From an uncultured Alphaproteobacteria bacterium (GTDB lineage: Bacteria; Pseudomonadota; Alphaproteobacteria; Rs-D84), in NCBI GenBank assembly GCA_944389495.1, contig CALXMN010000002.1, forward strand, positions 85,704 to 149,703: a DNA stretch of 64,000 bases. The letters run 5' to 3'. Below the pieces are notes generated by a model that was not told where the DNA came from, did not search any database, and saw nothing but the letters and a program-made list of their open reading frames with translations. How positions within the stretch are numbered: position 1 is the first letter of the stretch; each line of letters opens with the position of its first letter. Below are positions 8,202-18,435 of the stretch, in pieces. The position numbers and the translations under genes were made by a program.

Positions 8202-8462
8202 TTACGCCATTTTGGCAACACGTTTTGTCAGACGTGAAATTTTGCGGGCGGCGCGCTTTTTGGGCATAACCTTGCCGGCGGATTTCATAATTTTGCTTTC
8301 TGCGTTGCGTGCAGCGGTAATAGCGGCCGCTTTGTCGCCAGATTCAACGGCAACCAATACCTTTTTGGCGGCGGTTTTAACCGCACTGCGACGCGAGTTA
8401 TTTACGGCATTTTTTTTCGCCGTAACCAGAATTCTTTTTTTAGATGACTTGTGATTTGCCAC
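8202..8462 (-). CDS. rpsT: 30S ribosomal protein S20
   Basis: (GTG)ANHKSSKKRILVTAKKNAVNNSRRSAVKTAAKKV..., a basic 86-aa protein of typical S20 sequence. Confidence 0.9.
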   Translation of the reverse strand: MANHKSSKKRILVTAKKNAVNNSRRSAVKTAAKKVLVAVESGDKAAAITAARNAESKIMKSAGKVMPKKRAARKISRLTKRVAKMA

Positions 8463-8535
8463 TTTATTTTCCTTTTATTTGATCACATTTTTTGTTATTT
8501 TATAGAAAACAAACATAAAATCAAGGAAAAATAAA

Positions 8536-9144
8536 ATGATAACTGTATCTTTTGGGGTGATGGCGGTGGCCGCAATTTTAATTTCTTATCTGTTGGGGTC
8601 AATCCCAATGGGGCTGATTTTAACCAAGTTGATGGGCAAGGGGGATCTGCGCAAGGTTGGCAGCGGTAATATAGGTGCAACCAATGTTATGCGGGTTGGT
8701 GGATTAAGAATGGCGGCAACAACCTGGGTGCTGGATATGGCCAAGGCAATTGCTGCCGTGTTGATTGGCAAGGCAATCGGTGGCGATGTGTTCGGGGCCT
8801 GGTGCGGATTTGCCGCAATTGTTGGGCATTGCTATCCCGTGTGGTTGCGATTTCGCGGGGGCAAGGGTATTTCGTCATTGTTTGGGGTGTTGTTGGCAAC
8901 GTCGCCGTTGGCCTTTGCGATATGTGGTATTGAATGGTTAATTGTTGCGTTGACGTCCGGATTTTCTTCGTTGGGGGCGGTGGTTGCATTTTGTGTGATG
9001 CCGATTTTGGGGTTCTTTATCAATGTTCAAATTGGTTGGGCTTTTTTGGCAATAGCATTGCTTTGTCTGTGGCGACACAGGGAAAATATTAAGCGACTTT
9101 TGAACGGAACCGAATCGAAGGTTGAATGGAAGTGGAAAAAATAA
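8536..9144 (+). CDS. plsY: glycerol-3-phosphate acyltransferase PlsY
   Basis: GSIPMGLILTKLMGKGDLRKVGSGNIGATNVMRVGG and HCYPVWLRFRGGKGIS. 202 aa, polytopic. Confidence 0.9.
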   Translation: MITVSFGVMAVAAILISYLLGSIPMGLILTKLMGKGDLRKVGSGNIGATNVMRVGGLRMAATTWVLDMAKAIAAVLIGKAIGGDVFGAWCGFAAIVGHCYPVWLRFRGGKGISSLFGVLLATSPLAFAICGIEWLIVALTSGFSSLGAVVAFCVMPILGFFINVQIGWAFLAIALLCLWRHRENIKRLLNGTESKVEWKWKK

Positions 9145-9259
9145 AATGTAAAAAAGTGTCGCAAAAAATCGCGGCACTTTTTTTATTTCAATGTATTTAT
9201 TCTTTATTTTTTGACCGTTTTGTGGTATAATAAAGGGGAATTTAACAGGGAAGTGAGGA

Positions 9260-10144
9260 ATGAAAAAATTTTTATCTTTGCTGGTATTATCTTTGGTTGT
9301 GTGTCCGGCATTTGCCGCAACACCCGCATCGCGTGCACGGCCATCTATGTCGACACAAATGGTTGGACCCGCACCACGTGTAACCGCATCAACCAATCAA
9401 ATTTCTGCAATGGCAAATATGAATGCCGCGGCAACGGGGGCCGCCGTTGTTGATATGTCCAGTATACGTGTGCCTGTGCCGGATAATTTTGGCGATGCAA
9501 ATAACAATGACGATGATGATAAAAATCAGGATGATGACAAGTTGGCCGAAATTGAACGTCAGAAACAAGCCTGTTTAAATAATAATATTGGTATTGGTAA
9601 TACGTTTGTTTGGGCCTCGCGTTACAGCAATACAAATAATTATGCATCAATGGTGGAAGATGTAAGTAATCCGGAAAATAACGTTTGCTTTGTTTTGGTT
9701 GAGGTTAAGTCCGCAGATCCGGATATAAATGTTTCTGATGTGCCGACAAAATATTTCCAGATGGGACAAAATATTACCTGTGGTTCGTGGGCAGATGAGG
9801 GAACTTTGCGGCAACGCATTTTAGATTCAAAGAAACGTGCACGTACCTGGGCAACGGTGGGTGGTGCCGTTGGTGGCGCCGGATTGGGCGTTGGTATTAT
9901 GGAACTGTTTGGAAATCGTCTTATTGGTGGTAATGTTCAAGGTCAAAGACAGTACGAAGAGGGCAGTACCCAACAATTATTGGTGCAATTGCGGGCGCTG
10001 CGTAATGAAAACCCCGTTGAATTCGACGAGTTTATTGATGCATTAAAGGTGGTGCGTGAAGAATGTAATAATTGGACGGGTGATAACAAGCCAGATATTT
10101 GTAATGAATATAATTATGAATATTTGATAAAAGCAGATAATTAA
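9260..10144 (+). CDS. secreted protein with D/N-rich linker, Cys-containing domain and one Gly-zipper TM segment
   Basis: Signal peptide MKKFLSLLVLSLVVCPAFA|A. Low-complexity stretch NNNDDDDKNQDDD. TM segment TWATVGGAVGGAGLGVGIMELFG. No family recognised. Confidence 0.5.
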   Translation: MKKFLSLLVLSLVVCPAFAATPASRARPSMSTQMVGPAPRVTASTNQISAMANMNAAATGAAVVDMSSIRVPVPDNFGDANNNDDDDKNQDDDKLAEIERQKQACLNNNIGIGNTFVWASRYSNTNNYASMVEDVSNPENNVCFVLVEVKSADPDINVSDVPTKYFQMGQNITCGSWADEGTLRQRILDSKKRARTWATVGGAVGGAGLGVGIMELFGNRLIGGNVQGQRQYEEGSTQQLLVQLRALRNENPVEFDEFIDALKVVREECNNWTGDNKPDICNEYNYEYLIKADN

Positions 10145-10174
10145 ATTCCCAATCATTGAATTGGAAATTTATAT

Positions 10175-10201
10175 CCCGCGGATGTTGCCGCGGGGTTTTT
10201 A
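10175..10201 (+). terminator. intrinsic terminator
   Basis: CCCGCGG-ATGTTG-CCGCGGG followed by a T-tract. Confidence 0.7.
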
Positions 10202-10250
10202 TTAAAATAGTTCTTTTATTATATATGATGATTTTCTTATAGTAATCTGT

Positions 10251-11279
10251 ATGAATATGGAAGATTTATTTTATAAATTATTGGTTCTGCGTATGCCTGG
10301 TATCGGGGCGGCAAAGTATAATAATCTGGTCCAGAAGTTTGGGGATGTGCGTGCCGTGGCGACAATGTTGGGTGTGGACGATGCGATTCGTGACGCGGTG
10401 CGACGTGAAATGGATCGGGCCGTGGAACTGGGGATACATTATATATGTGATGATATGCCGGAATATCCGGCGGCATTACGGGCGATTAAAAATCATCCGC
10501 CGGTGTTGTCTGTGCGTGGAAATGTTGAAACGTTGGGGCGGGGGACGGTCGGTATTGTTGGAACGCGTCACGCAACCGTGGCGGGAATGAATTTGGTGTC
10601 GCAAATTGCCGCCGCATTTGCGTCAAATGGAATTGCGGTGGTGTCGGGAATGGCAATGGGAACAGATACGGCTGCGCATCGTGGTGCACTGGGGGTTGGT
10701 GGTAATTGCCAGACCATCGCCGTTGTTGCCGGTGGTGTTGATTATATTTGGCCGGTGGAAAACGAATCGTTGTATTGGGAAATTGTTGCACGTGGTGCGG
10801 TGGTCAGTGAAATGCCCGTTGGGTTTGTGCCAATTGCAACAAACTTTGTCGTACGTAACAGATGGATTGCAGGAATTGGGGAAAAATTAATCCTGGGCGA
10901 GGCGGATCTGAATTCAGGCAGTATGAAAACCGCGCGATTCGCAATCGAATCGGGACGTGAAATTTGGGCGATTCCATCACATCCGTCGGATTCCCGGGCC
11001 GCAGGGCCCAATTTGCTGATAAAAACAGGGGCGGCAAAATTATGCAGTGGCCCATCTGATTTTTTTGATGCACAAAAAAATATGGTCGATGAAATAAAAA
11101 ATGAAAAAAAATCTGATTCGGAAAATTTGATTTTAGATGCCTTGGGAACAATTCCTGTGTCTGAAACTGTATTGTCAGAAATTGTCAAAAAAACAATTTC
11201 GGAAATAAAAGCGGATTTGGTTGTGCTGGAATTGCAGGGTTTGGTGCGAAAAGTTGATGGCGGATATGTGCGTGCGTAA
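10251..11279 (+). CDS. dprA: DNA-processing protein DprA (Smf)
   Basis: DprA core VGTRHATVAGMNLVSQIAAAFASNGIAVVSGMAMGTDTAAHRGAL. Also GSMKTARFAIESGREIWAIPSHP and a C-terminal winged-helix-like VLELQGLVRKVDGGYV. Confidence 0.85.
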   Translation: MNMEDLFYKLLVLRMPGIGAAKYNNLVQKFGDVRAVATMLGVDDAIRDAVRREMDRAVELGIHYICDDMPEYPAALRAIKNHPPVLSVRGNVETLGRGTVGIVGTRHATVAGMNLVSQIAAAFASNGIAVVSGMAMGTDTAAHRGALGVGGNCQTIAVVAGGVDYIWPVENESLYWEIVARGAVVSEMPVGFVPIATNFVVRNRWIAGIGEKLILGEADLNSGSMKTARFAIESGREIWAIPSHPSDSRAAGPNLLIKTGAAKLCSGPSDFFDAQKNMVDEIKNEKKSDSENLILDALGTIPVSETVLSEIVKKTISEIKADLVVLELQGLVRKVDGGYVRA

Positions 11280-11636
11280 AAAAAATCTTGTCTATACATT
11301 GTATATACAAGGCGCAGAAATCGGGCAAAAAAACGAATCGTTGTCAAAAAATAAATGTTCGAATTTTGGTTAACAATCGGTTGCAAACAGACAAATATCT
11401 TTTAACTTATTTGACGTATCCAAAAACGATTGAGAGCAATCCCAATCACCAGAAAAAATCGGCGGATAAATAAAAAATTTGTCCCACCGATAAAAGCGAG
11501 AGAGTAAAACGTAGGCAAATATATAAATACCTTTTTTCGCGTCGTGTGACAGAAAATTGGCGTTTATGTGCGGGTGATTTTTATACTCTTGCGGCGGCAA
11601 TGGGAAACTCTTTTAGGGAAGGAAAGGAGAAACGGA

Positions 11637-12926
11637 ATGCAGGCAGTGGCGATAAAAGAAACGACTAACTTGGAACAAATCAAGGGGGCCATCGCCGCAA
11701 AAATGGATTCTGCAACTTTTTCTTCTTGGATTGCCCCGTTACAGTTTGATGTTTGTGATGATATTTTGATGCTGGGGGCACAAAATCAATTCTCGGCTGA
11801 TTTTATTGGTTCTGTTCATAAAAATGTTTTGGCGGATGTTGCGGCACAATTTGGTTTGGGGCTGCGCATAACGGTACGTGGTGTTGTCGCCGCACACGTT
11901 GCAAATGATAATAATGTGCAATCATATTCGCCCACCGCAACCGTGTGTACAACCGCATCTGTGGCGGCGGCATCAGATGCGTTCAATGCATTTGTTTGTT
12001 GTGATGAAAATGCGTTTGTTTTATCTGCGTGTAAAAAATTAGCGGCGGGTTCAGTATCTTTTTCCCCGCTGTTTATTTATGGACCGTCCGGTTGTGGTAA
12101 ATCATTGTTAGCAGATTGTATTAACAACGCCGCCGCGGGACGTGTAATTAAAATGTCCGGGGGCCAGTTTGTGTCCGAATTTACGCGCAGTTTACACGAC
12201 AGAACTGTTTTTGCATTCAAGGATTTTTGCCGTAATTGTGAAACATTTATTCTGGACGATGTCCAGGCATTGGCCGGAAAACGTGCAACCTGTGAAGAAT
12301 TTGCACAATTGGTTATGGATTTGCGTGCCGCGGGTAAAAACATTGTTTTGACTGCGAATGCGGCACCAAATAATTTGGGGGGAATTGACCGTCGTTTGCA
12401 GTCTTTGATGGCGTCGGGTTTGGTTGCGGATGTTGTTGCACCAAATACAAATGTTAAACGTGTTATGTTAATGCGTGCGGGGGTTGCGGCGGATGTTGCG
12501 GATGCAATTGCGGCACGTATGGCGGCGGATGGGCATCTGGTCGGTGGCGTCGCAATGAAAATCAAAACGTATGCGGAATTAATGGGTACGGTTGTTACAA
12601 TGGATGTTGCCCAGCATTTGTTGGCCGATACACTGCAAAAGTCAAAAACACCGATTGCAATGGTAAAATCTATGTGTGAAAAATTGGGCGTTGCATATGA
12701 TGCCGTATGTGGCAAGGGCCGCAGTCGCGCGGTTGTGCTGGCGCGTCAAATGATGATGGTTGCCTTAAAGGGGGCAACAAATATGTCGCTGACGGAAATT
12801 GGCCGTGTTTGTGGTGATCGTGATCACGCAACGGTTGTTTATTCAATCGCGCAAATTGAAAAATTAAAAAAATCTGATTTGGTTTTGGCCGCACAAATTG
12901 ATCAATTAATCGCAGATTGTAAATAA
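11637..12926 (+). CDS. dnaA: chromosomal replication initiator DnaA
   Basis: ATG 11637 follows GGAAAGGAGA (the ORF opens at 11568). Walker A GPSGCGKS and Walker B FILDDVQ. C-terminal DNA-binding region RSRAVVLARQMMMVALKGATNMSLTEIGRVCGDRDHATVVYSIAQIEKL. Confidence 0.9.
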   Translation: MQAVAIKETTNLEQIKGAIAAKMDSATFSSWIAPLQFDVCDDILMLGAQNQFSADFIGSVHKNVLADVAAQFGLGLRITVRGVVAAHVANDNNVQSYSPTATVCTTASVAAASDAFNAFVCCDENAFVLSACKKLAAGSVSFSPLFIYGPSGCGKSLLADCINNAAAGRVIKMSGGQFVSEFTRSLHDRTVFAFKDFCRNCETFILDDVQALAGKRATCEEFAQLVMDLRAAGKNIVLTANAAPNNLGGIDRRLQSLMASGLVADVVAPNTNVKRVMLMRAGVAADVADAIAARMAADGHLVGGVAMKIKTYAELMGTVVTMDVAQHLLADTLQKSKTPIAMVKSMCEKLGVAYDAVCGKGRSRAVVLARQMMMVALKGATNMSLTEIGRVCGDRDHATVVYSIAQIEKLKKSDLVLAAQIDQLIADCK

Positions 12927-12932
12927 TCTTTA

Positions 12933-12958
12933 TGCCGCATTATGCGGCACTTGTTTTT
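12933..12958 (+). terminator. intrinsic terminator after dnaA
   Basis: TGCCGCA-TTA-TGCGGCA followed by CTTGTTTTT. Confidence 0.7.
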
Positions 12959-13079
12959 GTGTGTGATATAATTTCATTGTTGGAATTACGCGGAAAATAT
13001 GATAAAATATACACAATAAGTGTAAGTTAACAATGCCAAAATAACCCAACAATTATTTGTGGCATTAATGGGGGGACGT

Positions 13080-14525
13080 ATGAAAAAAATATTTTTAATT
13101 TGTTCTGTATTATTATCCGGATTGTTAAGTCCATCTGTTTCAAATGCAGCCTGTGAGGAAAGAGAATTAAGTGGTTGGGTCATAAAAAATAGTGATGAGT
13201 ACTTGTATCAAAGTCAGTCCAGATATAACGGAAAGTATGCTTATGAATGCGGAAATGGATACTGTGATGGAAATCAGGTTATTTTTATGCCGGCAAACCA
13301 TTATTTTGATGGTAAATTAGTAAATACCCAAAAACTGTATTATTGTGCCGCCAGAGGAGACCAAATGTGGGTTGAATGGGGCATAAATGATATTGCTGAT
13401 TGTAAAGAATCCCAATGCAGAATCACAGACGAAGCCGCCAAGCTTGGTGATTATTACATAATGGATGATAATGGTGGAAATGTTGGCATTTCAACCGGCA
13501 GCAAGGCACAATTACTGTACACGGACAGAACGAATATTTGTAAATGCGCATCTATTGGCGAGGCTAAAAAATCTTGCGTAAATAGTGGTGGAACGTGGAA
13601 TGGCAGTGTGTGTTCTTGTGCATCATCAAAAAATCTTAAGTTGACATCTGATGGGACGGTGTGTGAATGTATAAGTTCTGATTATGAATTTGATGCCGCG
13701 GCTAAGCAATGTAATAAAAAGAAAACTGTCATAGAAGAAGAGAATCGTCGTCGCCAGCAAGAGGAACAAAACCGCCAAAATCAACAACGCAAGGCCGCGT
13801 GTGAACAATCGGGTGGTGTGTGGGCAAACAATCAATGTTCGTGCGATAATGCCAAGAATTTACGCCTGGAAAACAATGTTTGTGTATGTCTGGACAATGA
13901 AAACTATGTTCGCAATGGCGACAGATGTGATTTAACAGATGCGGCCGCGTTGCAACAAAAATGTACATCACCGGACAGTATCGCATCAGGTGCATATTGG
14001 GATGATGTTAATAAACAATGCCGTTGCAGCAATCCGCAATATTCTTGGAATGGCAGTGTGTGCGCAATGAATCCGGCAATACAAAAATGTTTGTTGATTA
14101 CCGGTGCAAATTGGAATTATACAACCGGTCAGTGTTATTGTATGGAGGTTGGAAAAACATTTAATCCAGAGGGTACGGCCTGTGTGGATGCCACATCCGG
14201 TGGTCCCGTTGAGTCAACCCCCGATGAAAATGCCGCGGCCCAAGCGCGTGCCCGTGAACGTATAGAGGCGGCGGTTGCCAAGATGGATGACATAGCATCC
14301 GGGCTAAGATTAACAGTATGGCGTAATGACGAGGGTAAATTCAATACGTCGCGTTTGTTATCTGATTCCATTGCCGGTGTAGTGTTGGGGACGGCCGGTG
14401 GATTGATAACCAGTAACGTTGTAAAAAAGAATCAAACAGAAAGTGGGTTTGAAGATATACAATGCTCTATCGGTGGCCAGGTTGTTGCCGGATGGGGGGA
14501 CGAGTTCCGCGTCGGTATCCAATAG
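13080..14525 (+). CDS. secreted cysteine-rich repeat protein with C-terminal TM segment (481 aa)
   Basis: ATG 13080. Signal peptide MKKIFLICSVLLSGLLSPSVSNA|A. Four related Cys modules (CVNSGGTWNGSVCSCASSKNLKL..VCEC, CEQSGGVWANNQCSCDNAKNLRL..VCVC, GAYWDDVNKQCRCSNP..SVC, GANWNYTTGQCYCMEV..TAC). Charged coil EEENRRRQQEEQNRQNQQRK. TM segment IAGVVLGTAGGLITSNVV. Confidence 0.6.
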   Translation: MKKIFLICSVLLSGLLSPSVSNAACEERELSGWVIKNSDEYLYQSQSRYNGKYAYECGNGYCDGNQVIFMPANHYFDGKLVNTQKLYYCAARGDQMWVEWGINDIADCKESQCRITDEAAKLGDYYIMDDNGGNVGISTGSKAQLLYTDRTNICKCASIGEAKKSCVNSGGTWNGSVCSCASSKNLKLTSDGTVCECISSDYEFDAAAKQCNKKKTVIEEENRRRQQEEQNRQNQQRKAACEQSGGVWANNQCSCDNAKNLRLENNVCVCLDNENYVRNGDRCDLTDAAALQQKCTSPDSIASGAYWDDVNKQCRCSNPQYSWNGSVCAMNPAIQKCLLITGANWNYTTGQCYCMEVGKTFNPEGTACVDATSGGPVESTPDENAAAQARARERIEAAVAKMDDIASGLRLTVWRNDEGKFNTSRLLSDSIAGVVLGTAGGLITSNVVKKNQTESGFEDIQCSIGGQVVAGWGDEFRVGIQ

Positions 14526-14542
14526 TCAGATGGGGAAAACGT

Positions 14543-14576
14543 AAAACACCGGACATTTGTCCGGTGTTTGTTTTTT
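14543..14576. terminator. bidirectional terminator
   Basis: AAACACCGG-ACATTTGT-CCGGTGTTT followed by GTTTTTT, lying between convergent genes. Confidence 0.7.
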
Positions 14577-14591
14577 GCGTTTGTGTGCAAA

Positions 14592-15068
14592 TTATTTTTG
14601 TTTTGTTAACGCCTGGTGCATCATCCGTTCACGGATTTGCATTTGACGATTTAAATCGTGGCGTGATGCGTGATTTAAACGTTTCATAAAGTCGACCAAA
14701 TCGTTGCGGCACATAATTTCATTTGTCGGGAACAATAACGCAACCGGATCATTAGTATCTTTGTCCAGATATTCAATGATTGTGGATGCCATTTTTTCGC
14801 CCATAATGGGTTCTAGTTTTGAAAATGCCTTGGCCATATTACTGGCGGCGGGGTTTGGAAATGGGGTGCAGTGCATCCACGCGCCCGATGCATTTTGAAC
14901 GGGCTTTCCATTAATGGTTACAACGGCCATTGGTGTGGAATCGCACAATTCAAATGCCGATAAGTTGGCCATCACAGCCGATATTTTTACAACGTATGTA
15001 TTTTTTTTCTTTTTAGTCGCACGATTTGGCGCGACAATGTTTTCATTGTCTTTGTTTTTTTTATTCAT
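14592..15068 (-). CDS. hypothetical protein with basic N-terminus
   Basis: ATG 15068 (MNKKNKDNENIV...; the ORF opens at 15119). 158 aa. No recognisable motifs. Confidence 0.45.
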   Translation of the reverse strand: MNKKNKDNENIVAPNRATKKKKNTYVVKISAVMANLSAFELCDSTPMAVVTINGKPVQNASGAWMHCTPFPNPAASNMAKAFSKLEPIMGEKMASTIIEYLDKDTNDPVALLFPTNEIMCRNDLVDFMKRLNHASRHDLNRQMQIRERMMHQALTKQK

Positions 15069-15175
15069 TTTTTGTCCTTTGTGTTGTCTATAATTTAATA
15101 CAAAAATATAAATTGTCAAGTTTTAATTTGTGTATTTTTTTCCGGTTTTTTTTGTGAACATATTTAATTTGTTGA

Positions 15176-17155
15176 TTATACGAATAAATCTTTGACGAAT
15201 TGGGCGTGTTCTGTGATGAACTTAAATCGAAATTCCGGTTTTTTGCCCATTAATTCGGATACAATTGTGCGGGTTTTTTCCGTGTCTTCGGCACCTTCGT
15301 CCGTACGGGGCGGCAAATCGACCCGTATCAAACGGCGTGTTTTGGGTGACATTGTTGTTTCCTTTAACTGGTTCGGCATCATTTCGCCCAAACCCTTGAA
15401 TCGGGATATTTCAATTTTTTTATTTTTATATTTGGTGTTTTTTAATTGTTCCAATTCTTCGTCGGTATCAACATATATTGATTCGGTTCCGCACGTTAGT
15501 TTATACAGCGGCGGACAGGATAAATACAGATGGCCGCCATAAATTAACTGGGGCATAACCTGGTAAAAAAAGGCCATCAGCAGTGATGCGATATGACTGC
15601 CGTCGACATCGGCATCGGTCATCACAATTATTTTTTCATAGCGCAGTTTGCTTTCGTCCCAATCTTTGGCCGTGCCCGCACCGATAATGTCAATTAATTC
15701 ATTTAATTCTTTGTTCGTGCTGAACCGTTCGTCGGAATTAGATATAACATTTAATACCTTGCCACGCAGTGGCATAATTGCCTGGGTTGCACGATCGCGT
15801 GCCTGTTTCGCGGTGCCGCCGGCGGATTCACCCTCTACTATAAATAACTCTGTTCCGGTTATCCCGTGTTTGGAACAGTCGGCCAATTTGGCGGGCATAC
15901 GGATTCTTTTGGTTGGGGTCTTGCGGGCAATTTCTTTGACCTGTTTCGTTTTTATGCGCGCATTCGCAAGGTTGACCACAAAATCCAATACAGCGTTCGC
16001 AGTTTTGGGATCAGATGCCAAAAATATTTCCCACGGGTCACGTAGTGCGTTTTCTGTAAATCGTGCAATTTCCGGGTTGGACAGTTTTTCTTTGGTTTGA
16101 CCCAAAAATTGCGGTGTTTTATAAAATACAGATACAATCGCCGCAACAGAATCAAATACGTCATCGCTTATTATTGATGCGGCGGATTTATTGTTTACTT
16201 TGTCCCCATAGGATTTTATCCCCTTGGTAATTGCAGATTTAAAGCCGGTTTCGTGGGTGCCGCCATCAATCGTTGCGATTGTGTTACAATATGATGCAAA
16301 AAATCCGTCATCGGATGCCGCGCCGTTTTCATCTGTTAAAAAGGTCAGGGCCCATTCAACACGGCCAGAATCATCCGGAAAATCAACTGTGCCACTGAAT
16401 ATTTTGGGCAGAATGCGTGGCTTGTCACGTGTCTTTTCATCAAGAAAATCCGCAACGCCATTTGGATAATAGAATTCTGTTTGGGCGGGAATGTTCATAT
16501 CTTCGGTTAATAATTCCGAATTGCAAACCCAATTAACGCGTACCCCGCGTGATAAAAATGATTTCGCACGCGCCATACGATAAATCTTTACAGGTTTAAA
16601 TACGGCGTTTGTGCCAAAGATTTCGTCATCAATTGTAAATCGTATTTTCGTGCCGTGATTCTTGGTCGCGTCCCCACGTATCATTTTACTGGTTGGTTTG
16701 CCGCGGGAAAAGGTTTGCCGCCATTCATAGCCATCACGACAAATCGTTACAATCATTTCAGATGACAGTGCGTTTACAACCGAACTGCCGACGCCGTGCA
16801 GACCGCCACTGGTTTTATACACGTTGTTGTTAAATTTTCCACCAGAATGCAGAGTGGTTAAAATAACCTCTAGGGCGGATTTGCCGGGGAATTTTGGATG
16901 CTCGTCAACCGGAATACCACGACCGTCGTCGGTAATTTCTATGGTCTTTGCGTCAATTAAATTTACAGTAATTTTTTTTGCAAAACCGGCCACCGCCTCG
17001 TCAATAGAGTTATCAAGTATCTCGACCGGCAGGTGGTGCCACGCCTTTTCATCGGTGCCGCCAATGTACATACCGGGACGCAGACGAACAGGCTCGAGCC
17101 CTTCGAGTACCTGGATATCTGATGCATCGTATGTGTGTGTATTCTGTTCCATCAT
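15176..17155 (-). CDS. parE: type IIA topoisomerase ATPase subunit, ParE-like (topoisomerase IV subunit B)
   Basis: GHKL N-box EILDNSIDEA, DDGRGIP, Toprim EGESAGG, MTDADVDGSHI. At 659 aa it lacks the large insertion of proteobacterial GyrB. PGMYIGGTDEKAWHHL resembles alphaproteobacterial ParE. The ParE versus short-GyrB call is an inference. Confidence 0.7.
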   Translation of the reverse strand: MMEQNTHTYDASDIQVLEGLEPVRLRPGMYIGGTDEKAWHHLPVEILDNSIDEAVAGFAKKITVNLIDAKTIEITDDGRGIPVDEHPKFPGKSALEVILTTLHSGGKFNNNVYKTSGGLHGVGSSVVNALSSEMIVTICRDGYEWRQTFSRGKPTSKMIRGDATKNHGTKIRFTIDDEIFGTNAVFKPVKIYRMARAKSFLSRGVRVNWVCNSELLTEDMNIPAQTEFYYPNGVADFLDEKTRDKPRILPKIFSGTVDFPDDSGRVEWALTFLTDENGAASDDGFFASYCNTIATIDGGTHETGFKSAITKGIKSYGDKVNNKSAASIISDDVFDSVAAIVSVFYKTPQFLGQTKEKLSNPEIARFTENALRDPWEIFLASDPKTANAVLDFVVNLANARIKTKQVKEIARKTPTKRIRMPAKLADCSKHGITGTELFIVEGESAGGTAKQARDRATQAIMPLRGKVLNVISNSDERFSTNKELNELIDIIGAGTAKDWDESKLRYEKIIVMTDADVDGSHIASLLMAFFYQVMPQLIYGGHLYLSCPPLYKLTCGTESIYVDTDEELEQLKNTKYKNKKIEISRFKGLGEMMPNQLKETTMSPKTRRLIRVDLPPRTDEGAEDTEKTRTIVSELMGKKPEFRFKFITEHAQFVKDLFV

Positions 17156-17304
17156 AGCGTTATATTATTAGTATATTTTTGCCTTTTTTGCAAGTGAAAG
17201 AATTTTATGTGAACCGTGCTGGATAAGGAAAATATTTTTATGACCTTGATTTTTATATTATTATATCTATATATTTTTGGACAAAGTAATTATGGAATAT
17301 AAAA

Positions 17305-18435
17305 ATGAATAAAAATCCGTATGAAGTTTTGGGGGTCGCACGTAATGCGACCGATGATGAAATTAAAAAGGCGTATCATAAACTGGTTATGAAATATCAT
17401 CCCGATAGAAATCAGGGGGATAAAGATGCCGAAGAAAAATTTAAAGAAGTTAATAATGCTTTTGATATATTAAAAGATCCGCAAAAACGTGCGGCATACG
17501 ATCGGTTTGGTGATGCGGCCTTTGCCGGGGGTAATGCCTCGGGTGCAAATCCATTTGGTGCAGGTGCCAATCCATTTGGTAATGGGGCGTTCCATTTTAA
17601 TATGGGCGGTGGTGCCGGTATGGACGACATTCTGCGCGAGGCAATGCGTGGTTTTGGCTTTGATATGGGCGGTGGCCCAACGCGTGGTGCAGATGCACGC
17701 CGGGGACGTGACCTGTTGGACGAGGTTGCAATTGATTTGCGGGATGCGTATTTTGGTACAACACATACCGTAAAATTTACAACAAATGTTGAATGTGACA
17801 AGTGTAATGGTTTTGGTACGGCCGATGGAAAACAGGCGCCGAAATGTTCGCGGTGTAATGGAACCGGATATGTGCGTGCGGCACGTGGGTTCTTTGCAAT
17901 GGAAACACCGTGCCCGGATTGTAATGGTACAGGGCATAAAATTGATAAAAAATGCAGTCAATGTGATGGAAATGGTGTATTGCGCAAGACACGTACATTG
18001 GATGTAAAAATCCCCGCTGGAATCGAAGATGGAACGCGGCTGCGTCTGGGGGGGCAGGGCGAGGCTGGACAAAACGGCGCACCGGCCGGCGATTTCTATT
18101 TAGATGTGCGGATACGTCCAGATAAAAGATTTGAACGTGATGGCGCCGATTTAATAACTCGTGTGGATGTTCCTTTTACAACATTGGCATTGGGTGGTGA
18201 AATAGAGGTGGATACCATTGATGATAAAAAATTATCCGTCAAGGTGCCGGCCGGAACCCAGGTCGGTGAAAAATTACGTGTGCGTGGACACGGTATGCCA
18301 ACACGACGGCCGGGTGGATTTGGTGATCTGTATATAGATATAAATATGCCGGTGCCAACAAAATTGACCGAAAAGCAAAAGAAATTATTGGCCGAATTTG
18401 CGGGTACAAAAAGTGCAAAAAAGGGTTGGTTTTAA
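17305..18435 (+). CDS. dnaJ: chaperone DnaJ
   Basis: J domain with HPD (KYHPDRNQGD), a G/F-rich linker and four zinc motifs (CDKCNGFG, CSRCNGTG, CPDCNGTG, CSQCDGNG). Confidence 0.9.
   Translation: MNKNPYEVLGVARNATDDEIKKAYHKLVMKYHPDRNQGDKDAEEKFKEVNNAFDILKDPQKRAAYDRFGDAAFAGGNASGANPFGAGANPFGNGAFHFNMGGGAGMDDILREAMRGFGFDMGGGPTRGADARRGRDLLDEVAIDLRDAYFGTTHTVKFTTNVECDKCNGFGTADGKQAPKCSRCNGTGYVRAARGFFAMETPCPDCNGTGHKIDKKCSQCDGNGVLRKTRTLDVKIPAGIEDGTRLRLGGQGEAGQNGAPAGDFYLDVRIRPDKRFERDGADLITRVDVPFTTLALGGEIEVDTIDDKKLSVKVPAGTQVGEKLRVRGHGMPTRRPGGFGDLYIDINMPVPTKLTEKQKKLLAEFAGTKSAKKGWF

Noticed and set aside
11280-11636. oriC with DnaA boxes upstream of dnaA.
   Set aside because: I found no TTATCCACA-type 9-mers or clear AT-rich 13-mer cluster by eye, only weak partial matches such as GGCGGATAA. 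dnaN is not adjacent, and in many Alphaproteobacteria-like genomes oriC is not next to dnaA.
10742-12715. Antisense ORFs within dprA (10742-11386, 214 aa) and dnaA (12077-12715, 212 aa). Similar cases lie in rpsL (61321-61953), fusA (62371-62958), fabF/scar (55282-55845) and tolB/thermonuclease (35062-35622).
   Set aside because: Each lies opposite a confidently identified conserved gene and lacks any recognisable motif.
15176-17155. Calling this gene gyrB.
   Set aside because: The 659-aa length without the proteobacterial GyrB insertion, and the IGGTDE..HHL motif, fit ParE of Alphaproteobacteria-like lineages better. No gyrA or parC neighbour is available to decide. Short GyrB proteins exist in other phyla, so the symbol carries reduced confidence.
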